32,000 bases of DNA from Telmatocola sphagniphila (GTDB taxonomy: Bacteria > Planctomycetota > Planctomycetia > Gemmatales > Gemmataceae), in NCBI RefSeq assembly GCF_018398935.1, contig NZ_CP074694.1, positions 5,880,001 through 5,912,000 of the forward strand, in the 5' to 3' direction. The translations under genes were made by a program, and so were the position numbers. Shown here piece by piece: positions 19,058-26,219 of this stretch. Within the stretch, counting starts at the first letter, position 1, and each line of letters opens with the position of its first letter. Under the pieces are notes generated by a model. It was given only the letters and a program-made list of their open reading frames with translations, did no database searches and had not been told where the DNA came from.

Positions 19058-19777
19058 ATGAGTAAACCCTTTACCCCCGGCCCCACCCCAAACACCGTCC
19101 GAGCTGCCGATGGCAAGGTCTTGAGCGTCCCGGAGGGCTGGGTATTGCTCCCGCCCGGGGACGCTGCCCTGACTCGCAGGGTGAAAGCCGCTGGCGATCA
19201 TTGGATCGTCGCCGAGAAGAAGGGCCGGAAGGTTTTCTCACGGGGCATCTGGACCTCGGCGGCGACCATTGAAAGTATTCGAGCCGATCTCGAAGCCGAG
19301 CGATCCACGGAGAGCTTCGCCCAGAAGAAGGAAGCCGCTGCCCGACGCCGGGAGAAAGTCCAGATCGAGTACGTCGAGGACTTCCACGGTGCAGTGTTGG
19401 CGTTCCTAGCCTTTCATCCGAATCACGCCGATCTCGCCGACCGGCTTGCCCGGGCCGTGACCGATCATGCAACGCCGGTCGGGAGCGGCACGGTCGCCAG
19501 GACGAAACGCATTCCAGTTGAGCAACGGGCCGAAGCCGCCGTGATAGCTTGGATGCGTCACCAGACGACCGGTTACGACGGCATGGTGATCCCACGGGTC
19601 AAAGGCAAACGGAGGGAAGTCCGGCGAATGCTGGCCCGGCGATCCCACGATTTGTTGGAGCGTTATCGGCGGGGCGAGGACCTTCCAGAGACGTGTCCGT
19701 TGCTGCGGACGTTGGCGAAGTTGGTGCCAGACCACGGGGAACCGTCAAGCGGGCATCGTCTTCCGGGCCAATGCTAA
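19058..19777 (+). CDS. DUF2293-like protein
   Basis: ATG 19058 lies 5 nt after the hydrolase stop. The track ORF from 18929 overlaps the hydrolase gene. The AVIAWMRHQTTGYDGMVIP...RREVRRML block matches the RH-x-T-x-YD signature I recall for DUF2293. Confidence 0.6.
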   Translation: MSKPFTPGPTPNTVRAADGKVLSVPEGWVLLPPGDAALTRRVKAAGDHWIVAEKKGRKVFSRGIWTSAATIESIRADLEAERSTESFAQKKEAAARRREKVQIEYVEDFHGAVLAFLAFHPNHADLADRLARAVTDHATPVGSGTVARTKRIPVEQRAEAAVIAWMRHQTTGYDGMVIPRVKGKRREVRRMLARRSHDLLERYRRGEDLPETCPLLRTLAKLVPDHGEPSSGHRLPGQC

Positions 19778-19871
19778 GGCTTGTTACCGAGGAAGTCGAT
19801 CTCTGATGCCGAGGGAACCGAAGTAGCCTCGGGAACAGTTTCTACTGTTTAGGCGGGATCGGTCGCAGCGC

Positions 19872-21206
19872 TTAACCCTGCAACCCCGGCAGGTGACCAG
19901 TACTGTCGCCCAGGTTGGCTAGCTTAACGTCCATGCGGTCGAGCATCGACAGCCAGAGGTTGTTCAAAGGCGTTTCCTTGGCAAATTTCAAATGCCGTCC
20001 GGTCTTGATCGTGCCGCAACCGCGACCCGCGAGCAGGATCGGCAGGTCTTCGTGATTGTGGGCGTTGCCGTCCGAGTTGCCGCTGCCGTAGGCCAGCATG
20101 CAATGGTCTAGCAGCGTGCCATCGCCCTCGTTGATGCCCTTGAGCCGTTCGATCAGGTAAGCCAGTTGGCTGGTGTGAAACTTATTGATGTCCCGAATCT
20201 TTTCTTTCTTCTTCGGATCGTTGCCGTGGTGCGAAAGGTCGTGGTGCCCCTCGGGGACGCCGGCGAACGGATAGGGCTTGTTGCTTCCCTCGTTCGCGAG
20301 CACGAAGGTGCAAACCCGCGTGACGTCGGCCTGGAAAGCGAGCACAATCAGGTCGGAGAGGATGCGCAGATGCTCGGCATACACGGCCGGGATGGTGACG
20401 GGAGCCTTGTACTCCGGCGTTTTCACCGGAGGCAACTTGTCAGCCTTGTTGATCCGTTGCTCCACATCGCGAATGGCCGAGAAGTACTCGTCGAGCTTGC
20501 GCAGGTCGTTGGCCCCGAGTTTGTTCTTCAGTTCGGCGGAGTCCTCGCGGACGAAATCCAGGACGCTCTTGCGGCGAGCGTCACGTTTGGCTCGCTCGGC
20601 GTCGCCCCCATTGCCAAAAAGTCGTTCAAAGACCAGTTTGGGATTCACTTCTTTAGGCAACGGCTGGGTGGCTGAGCGCCAGGACATCGTCGAGGAATAG
20701 ACGCACGAATAACCGCTATCGCAGTTTCCCGCCATCGCGCCCGCCTCGGCGCCGATCTCCAGTGAGGGCAAACGGGTGGTATCGGCCAGTCGACCCGCCG
20801 CGACCTGATCGACGGAAACGCCGGCCCGGATGTCGGCGCCGTCGGTTTTGCGGGGCTGGCAGCCGGTCAGGAATGCGCTGAGCGCCCGGGCGTGGTCGCC
20901 GCCGCCGTCGCCGTGAGGCCGAGCCTTGTCTGCCGTCAAGCCGGTGAGAATCAGCAGGTCGTTCTTGACCTTGGCCAGAGGTTGCAGAATGGCCGGCAAC
21001 TCTCCCAGCGCCCCTTCAGTCTTCGGGGTCCAGTCGGCCATATTCTTGCCGTTGGGCACATACAAGAAGGCCATGCGATTGGGCGCTGGTGCCGCCCTGC
21101 TGGACTCGGCGGCCCAGGAGGTGACGGCCCCCATCGAGTCGAGCCAAGGCAAAGCGATCGCCGATCCGAGTCCGCGAAGCATGGTCCGGCGTGATAGGGT
21201 CTTCAT
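19872..21206 (-). CDS. DUF1501 (sulfatase-like) protein with a Tat signal
   Basis: The N-terminus MKTLSRRTMLRGLGSAIALPWL is a twin-arginine signal. At 444 aa it has the size and sequence typical of planctomycete DUF1501 proteins, and it lies immediately downstream of a DUF1592-type gene. Confidence 0.85.
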   Translation of the reverse strand: MKTLSRRTMLRGLGSAIALPWLDSMGAVTSWAAESSRAAPAPNRMAFLYVPNGKNMADWTPKTEGALGELPAILQPLAKVKNDLLILTGLTADKARPHGDGGGDHARALSAFLTGCQPRKTDGADIRAGVSVDQVAAGRLADTTRLPSLEIGAEAGAMAGNCDSGYSCVYSSTMSWRSATQPLPKEVNPKLVFERLFGNGGDAERAKRDARRKSVLDFVREDSAELKNKLGANDLRKLDEYFSAIRDVEQRINKADKLPPVKTPEYKAPVTIPAVYAEHLRILSDLIVLAFQADVTRVCTFVLANEGSNKPYPFAGVPEGHHDLSHHGNDPKKKEKIRDINKFHTSQLAYLIERLKGINEGDGTLLDHCMLAYGSGNSDGNAHNHEDLPILLAGRGCGTIKTGRHLKFAKETPLNNLWLSMLDRMDVKLANLGDSTGHLPGLQG

Positions 21207-21265
21207 GTCGTTTTCCTGATTTTGCTATACCCCCGGTCCCGATGGCCCGGCGAGTCAAAGTCTGT

Positions 21266-23587
21266 TTAATTGACGGCCTTTGCCGGTTCCGTTTTGCCCC
21301 GCCGCATGCGGAAGGCGTCACTTCGAACGATTTCTGTGACCAGAGCGGAGAAGGCAAACCCGCCTTTTTCCGTTCCGGAGACGATTTTCTTCAGCGTCTG
21401 CTTGTCGTAGTACTCGAGGCCGCGACCCAGCGCGTAGGTGAGCATTTTCTCGGCCCAGTTGCCGGCAATCAACTCTTTCTTCTCTTTTAGTAGCGATTTA
21501 AGTTGTTGCGGATTCTGGAATTGCCGGCCATCGGGCAGTTTACCGGCCGGGTCGATGTCGAAGGCGCCGTCCTTGGTGCGGAATTTGCCGATCGCATCAA
21601 AATTCTCCAGGGCGAACCCCATCGCATCCATCTTGGCATGGCAGTTGGCGCAGGCCGGGTTTTTCCGGTGCTCCTCCATGCGCTGGCGGAGGCTGCCGCT
21701 GGAGATGGCCTTGGGGTCCTCCTTCAACTCCGGGACGTTCGGGGGCGGCGGTGGCGGAGGAGTGCCCAGCACTTGTTCCAGCACCCAGCGACCTCGCTTG
21801 ACCGGCGAAGTCCGCGTCGGATTCGAGGTGACCGTGAGGATGCTGGCTTGAGTCAGAATCCCGGCCCGCGACCCGTCGGCCGGAAGTTCCACGCGAACGA
21901 ACGAATCCCAGGGGATGTTCTGTCCGCCGGGCGTCGGTTTCGGTGTGGACCAATAGTTACCCTTAGTGTCTTTGATGCCATAAATAGCCGCCAACTTTCC
22001 ATCGATGTGGGTGTAGCGGCCATCGATGATGTCGAGGATCGATCGATCCTCCCGTACCATTTCCTCAAAGAACAGTTGCGTCTCGCGGATCATCGACCGG
22101 CGCAGCTCTTCATTGAACTGCGGAAACAGCTTCTGGTCCGGGGCGAAGGTGTCCAGCCGTTTCAGTTGCAGCCATTGCATCACAAAGTTGTCCACCAGTG
22201 TGGCGGCCTTCGGATCCTTCAGCATCCGTTTCACCTGCGACTCCAGGTTGGCGCCCAATTGGTTTTTGGCGGCCAGCGCGAACAATTCGTCGTCGGGCAT
22301 GGAAGCCCAGATGAAGTACGACAGTCGCGACGCGAGTTGGTACTCGTTGATCGGGTGGGCTTCTACGGAGTCGGGCCGGTCGTCGAGTTCCACGCGGAAG
22401 AGGAACTTCGGCGAGGTCAGCACGCCCTGCAGGGCGAGCTGAATGGCAGTCTCGTACTTCTCGCCGCTCGCCTCCGTCGCTTCGACGAACTTGACCAGTC
22501 TTTCGACTTCTTCCGGTGTGGCCGGTCGACGGTAAGCCTTAGTGGCAAATCGGCCCAGGATCTCCCGGGTTTGTTCCCGTTTGGGTTTCGAGAGGTCGGC
22601 CGCAAGCAGTTTCTTGTGAGTTTCCGGTCGGGTGTCGGCCGGGCCGTTGAGGTTGAAATTTTCGACGAGCAGTCGGCGTTCCTTCCCCTGGGCGTTCTTC
22701 TTGGGGTTCACCAGATTGACCGCGATCCGGACCATTCCTTTAGTGATCTTGAGTTTGGTTTCGTGGAATTTGGCCGACTTCGCGTCACCGGCGGGCAGCG
22801 ACACGGCGGCCACTTCGGTGCCGTTGACCGTGACGCTGACACGGACCGGTTCGTCGTCGATCGTTTCGGCAAAGGCCCGAAAGCGAAAAGTGTAATCGCC
22901 GCTGAGCGTAATTGAGTATTGCGAATTCAGGTTCCCTGTGGTGATCGGTCGAAACTTGGGCACCTTCTCGGGGTCGGTGGCCGGCTCCAGGTACTGCGAA
23001 CCGACCCAGCGCTCAGGCGGCTTGGGCGGGTTGGGGATAATTGCCCGGTTGGTGATCGACTCGGCCGCGGCCAGATAGCGCTCCAGCAGCACCGGGGAGA
23101 TCGTCAGCACGTCGCCGATGTTATCGAACCCGTAGCCGATATCATCGGCCGGGAAATCCTCGGCGGGGTTGAAGTCGATGCCGACCAGATCGCGGACGGT
23201 GTTCGCGTATTCGGTTTTGTTGAGCCGGCGGATCGTCACCCGGCCCGGATCGGGTTTCGCGTTGATGTCGGCTTTGTCGAAAATCGAATTGACGAGAGCA
23301 AGGAATTGCTCGGAATCTTTGGCTGGAGGGCGGGGCTTCTCTGCCGGGGGCATTTCGCCCTCGGCAATCACCTTGAGGACGCTGTCCCACAGTTTCCGAT
23401 TTTTCAGCAACGAAGCTTCGCTGGTGAACGTGTGCAACGCCACATCGGCATTCTTTTTCTTCTCGCCATGGCAGGCAAGACAGTGCTTTTGCAGGAAAGC
23501 GACCCCGTCTTTGGCAAAGTCGGCGGCCTGCACAGGCTTGAGGCCGGCTAGGCCGAGCAAAAGTGTCAGAGCGGCGAACAAACGCAT
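21266..23587 (-). CDS. PSCyt / DUF1587-DUF1592-DUF1595-DUF1588-DUF1585 family protein (planctomycete cytochrome-c-domain protein)
   Basis: This 773-aa ORF has a signal peptide, an N-terminal CLACHG haem motif and a C-terminal CANCHAKMD motif. Its partner is DUF1501, 59 nt downstream. Confidence 0.85.
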   Translation of the reverse strand: MRLFAALTLLLGLAGLKPVQAADFAKDGVAFLQKHCLACHGEKKKNADVALHTFTSEASLLKNRKLWDSVLKVIAEGEMPPAEKPRPPAKDSEQFLALVNSIFDKADINAKPDPGRVTIRRLNKTEYANTVRDLVGIDFNPAEDFPADDIGYGFDNIGDVLTISPVLLERYLAAAESITNRAIIPNPPKPPERWVGSQYLEPATDPEKVPKFRPITTGNLNSQYSITLSGDYTFRFRAFAETIDDEPVRVSVTVNGTEVAAVSLPAGDAKSAKFHETKLKITKGMVRIAVNLVNPKKNAQGKERRLLVENFNLNGPADTRPETHKKLLAADLSKPKREQTREILGRFATKAYRRPATPEEVERLVKFVEATEASGEKYETAIQLALQGVLTSPKFLFRVELDDRPDSVEAHPINEYQLASRLSYFIWASMPDDELFALAAKNQLGANLESQVKRMLKDPKAATLVDNFVMQWLQLKRLDTFAPDQKLFPQFNEELRRSMIRETQLFFEEMVREDRSILDIIDGRYTHIDGKLAAIYGIKDTKGNYWSTPKPTPGGQNIPWDSFVRVELPADGSRAGILTQASILTVTSNPTRTSPVKRGRWVLEQVLGTPPPPPPPNVPELKEDPKAISSGSLRQRMEEHRKNPACANCHAKMDAMGFALENFDAIGKFRTKDGAFDIDPAGKLPDGRQFQNPQQLKSLLKEKKELIAGNWAEKMLTYALGRGLEYYDKQTLKKIVSGTEKGGFAFSALVTEIVRSDAFRMRRGKTEPAKAVN

Positions 23588-24046
23588 GAAGATAGATTCC
23601 GTGGCAAAAATTCAAGCGGGACGGCCCGATCGCCGCAGGCAGGGATTTAAATTAATTTTACCGACAATTCACCTGTAGTGCAATATGCAGGTTCACTACG
23701 GATGGGGAAATCGCATCCCTCCTTGAGCCGCATCGCGATTCGTCGTTGAATTCGTTAAAGTACGCAGTTCAGAGTCCTGCTTAGGACGATGCTCGGGCGA
23801 GGATGGCCTACTCCTTCTCAGCTAGCGAAAATCGTGAGGGATTCTCCAAATGGTAGTGGGACCGAAGTCGCCTTACTATTGAGGGAAAGAATGCAGATCC
23901 AGACCCGTATGGTTAGGGAGCTTTGTCAGGCTCAAGAGATTGATTCCTCTACCCTCAAATTCGGCATCTATCTGTACGTTTCGTACGAATAGAATTCTGC
24001 CGTGTTTTTCTTGAGCGGTCAAGGCGAACCGGATATCGTTAAGTGA

Positions 24047-24631
24047 ATGAGTACTTCACAACCGGAACTTGGTCACACTGCGTTTTCTAGAGGCATTCTG
24101 GAAGTGGAGGTTGACATACTTCGCTCCGACATAATCTCGGTCAACCTTGCTTTATTGACGCGTCTAAAAGAGTCCTGGATACTCCTTTTCTCAATCGTTC
24201 TGACTGCTTTTGTCTACGCAGATGCAATTAATCCGCCAAATTTCCTCGTTACAATAATTATGGCTGTTCTTATTATTATTGTTCTCGGAGTTTTAGCATT
24301 CTGTGGGTTATTCACAATGTTGTGCGTCACTGCTTTTCTCGCTTCTAGTCATCAAAATGGCGTCCTAGGAATTCACAGATTTATACTACTGGCTGAGGGT
24401 TTGCAAGAGATAACTGAAGTGAATGTCTCTTTTCACAAGTGGATTGGCATTCGAGATATCATTTCTTCGCCCAGATACTGTGTGATCAGAATAAGTCCTT
24501 TTCTTTATTATGTGATTCCTCGGCGGTCTTTTTGTTCGAAGGAAGACTATGAAGTCTTTCTTTATGAAGCGAAAACTTTGATGAACTCAGCTAAGTTGGA
24601 TGGCAAGACCAGCAAATTTGAGGGTCGCTGA
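24047..24631 (+). CDS. YcxB-like membrane protein (two TM helices + bPH-type domain)
   Basis: This 194-aa ORF lies in AT-rich DNA. The TM helices are WILLFSIVLTAFVYA and FLVTIIMAVLIIIVLGVLAFCGLFTMLCVTAFLA. They are followed by HRFILLAEGLQEITEVNVSFHKWIGIRDI...YYVIPRRSFCSKEDYEVF, the YcxB pattern as I remember it. Confidence 0.55.
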   Translation: MSTSQPELGHTAFSRGILEVEVDILRSDIISVNLALLTRLKESWILLFSIVLTAFVYADAINPPNFLVTIIMAVLIIIVLGVLAFCGLFTMLCVTAFLASSHQNGVLGIHRFILLAEGLQEITEVNVSFHKWIGIRDIISSPRYCVIRISPFLYYVIPRRSFCSKEDYEVFLYEAKTLMNSAKLDGKTSKFEGR

Positions 24632-24736
24632 GCATTCGCGATTTCCTCCAACCTCTCCCGTGCCTGCGTGGACTACGGACGAGAGTTGGCCGGACTGCCC
24701 AAGCTGGACTGGAGCAACTCCCCGAGCTGAGTCTCT

Positions 24737-24832
24737 ACAACCGACGTCGCCCAGGCCCTCCTCGACATGCTCCAATGCCTCCACGCCTTCTTCCCGCTGG
24801 ACACTGACCAATCTGAAGTGAGTACCTCTCTG
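24737..24832. repeat. Copy A of a ~96-nt diverged direct repeat
   Basis: It aligns without gaps to 25527-25622 at 73/96 identity by hand count, and 62/76 over the 3' 76 nt (CTCCAATGC...TCCCG.TGGACAC.GACC.ATCTGAAG.GAGT.CCTCTCTG). It ends in a small hairpin GAGTAC-CTCTCT-GTACTC. Confidence 0.75.
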
Positions 24833-24885
24833 TACTCAGCTCGACCCCTTGATTGTCACACATTTTAACAACACTTGATTGAATG

Positions 24886-25350
24886 CTAAACTTTTAAGCT
24901 TTCAACAAATTGGTTCGGTCTGCCCGCAAAATGATCTGCTAGTCGATCAACGACATGTATTAGTGACCATACTGCTTTACGCTCAAGTTTCTTACATGCT
25001 TCGAGCGTTGCTGGCTCCTCATGGCTATCGCCGAATTTTTGTCTAGTTAGTGCTCCTGTAAAAGAATCCTTCTTAAAAAAATGTGTTTCAACCATAAAGC
25101 GGGCCTCCAGGTCGAAATTCCCGAGAACTGGCCAACTGCCATCAACTATCGGACGGTTCATAACTAGAATCCGAAAAGCAATTGGGGCGGGTAAAACTTT
25201 CTCAGGGGGAAGAAGATTCTTACTTTTCAAATCATAAAATGCTACTAGTGGCATACGAAGAACTCGACCATATGCATATCCGGATTCGAGTGGGATGGCA
25301 ATGAGATCGCCCACTCGTCGCTTCACTCTCTTCTTTTTCTCATTCTTCAC
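24886..25350 (-). CDS. Imm26-like polymorphic-toxin immunity protein (orphan)
   Basis: This 154-aa ORF has a GTG start, with an in-frame TAA 54 nt upstream. The N-terminal KKKRVKRRVGDLIAIPLESGYAYGRVLRMPLVAFYD..., later the DGSWPVLGN block, and the overall size match my memory of Imm26-family proteins. The assignment is not verified by search. Confidence 0.5.
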   Translation of the reverse strand: MKNEKKKRVKRRVGDLIAIPLESGYAYGRVLRMPLVAFYDLKSKNLLPPEKVLPAPIAFRILVMNRPIVDGSWPVLGNFDLEARFMVETHFFKKDSFTGALTRQKFGDSHEEPATLEACKKLERKAVWSLIHVVDRLADHFAGRPNQFVESLKV

Positions 25351-25526
25351 ACTTCGACCCTGCTTTGGCTTGCCCTTCGTGAGATTATGATTCTGAAGTA
25401 ATTATAGACGCTGTTGATATTCCAGGAAACGCAACAATGACTTATCCCGCAGTCGAGTTGGAGCAGTCTGAACACTACCCAAGCGGTAAACCGAGTTACT
25501 GAGTTAACACTGAATCTCAACTGTTC

Positions 25527-25622
25527 ACAACTGACCTGACAAAATTCCTTCTCAACCTGCTCCAATGCTTTCATACCTCCCTCCCGATGGACACGGACCT
25601 ATCTGAAGCGAGTCCCTCTCTG
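25527..25622. repeat. Copy B of the ~96-nt diverged direct repeat
   Basis: See copy A. It lies 790 bp away in the same orientation, on the other side of the Imm26-like gene. Confidence 0.75.
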
Positions 25623-25892
25623 GCTTCGAATCGATCCCTACTTCAACGGCCCGGGGTGAATTCACACTCAACGGGGCAGAATTCGCCCGCCTCGATCCAG
25701 ACGCCTTCGAGCCCGAGCCTGTGATTTTGCCCCAACTGGGAAAGCGGTGCTACCTGATCCGAGCAAGAGAGTTCGAAATATTGATCGAGATTATGGACGG
25801 GGCTGAGAAGCGGGCGAAGACCTACTACAACCAGCAGGTGTGACTTGCAAATTATTCAGTGCAGACGAGTACCCAAATGGACTGTTTCAAAT

Positions 25893-26219
25893 TCATTTTT
25901 TCGTTTCGAAGCTTTTTAGATCCAAGGTGAATTCAAGTTCTTTTTCTGCTTGCTTCACCCTCAGCTTGACCCGAGTGCCATCCTCGCATAAGCGTTTCCT
26001 AACATCGAATAATTCGATCTTGGCAATGTCCTGGCCATCCAGCCGGGTCAAGATGTCCCCTTCCTTCATACCGGCTTTATCCGCAACGCTGTCCTTATCG
26101 ATCGCTTGGGCCAGCACACACCCCGAGTTTGTGCGAATATACAAGCCGCTCAAGTCGTAAAGATCGGGTTTGTCAAAGTTTTTCCCGGGCTTCAAATACA
26201 ACTTATTTGCAGGAAAATC
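25893..26219 (-). pseudogene. C-terminal (PDZ-domain) fragment of an IS-interrupted retropepsin-like protease gene
   Basis: The frame reads ...DFPANKLYLKPGKNF...GLYIRTNSGCVLAQAIDKDSVADKAGMKEGDILTRLDGQDIAKI..., a PDZ domain. The ORF-track start at 26294 lies inside the IS, so the first 25 codons are IS-derived. Confidence 0.8.
26212..26219. repeat. Target-site duplication GGAAAATC (left copy) of the ISL3 element
   Basis: It is identical to 27644-27651 and immediately abuts the IS inverted repeats. Confidence 0.85.

Noticed and set aside
21503-22915. A 470-aa plus-strand ORF, plus several others of 100-210 aa between 20166 and 23678, antisense to the DUF1592 and DUF1501 genes
   Set aside because: These are typical antisense open frames in GC-rich coding DNA. 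Their composition is Arg/Gly/Leu-rich, and the sense-strand genes have clear family signatures.
23730-23760. A possible third att-like remnant (GCGATTCG...TTAAAG) at the left edge of the AT-rich block
   Set aside because: Only short scattered matches to the tRNA-Lys 3' half are present, and the middle does not align. This is indistinguishable from chance.
24811-24826. An AAG|GTGAGT sequence resembling a eukaryotic 5' splice donor within repeat A (GCGAGT in repeat B)
   Set aside because: The context is prokaryotic throughout (SD sequences, operons, IS elements), so the match is coincidental.
25347-25574. A 75-aa minus-strand ORF overlapping the Imm26-like gene start by ATGA, a tempting candidate for a cognate toxin
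   Set aside because: Its sequence (Cys/Ser/Val-rich, e.g. GISHCCVSWNINSVYNYFRIIISRR) is not protein-like. Its 5' part is the repeat-B sequence, and an equivalent frame in repeat A is not followed by a similar ORF.
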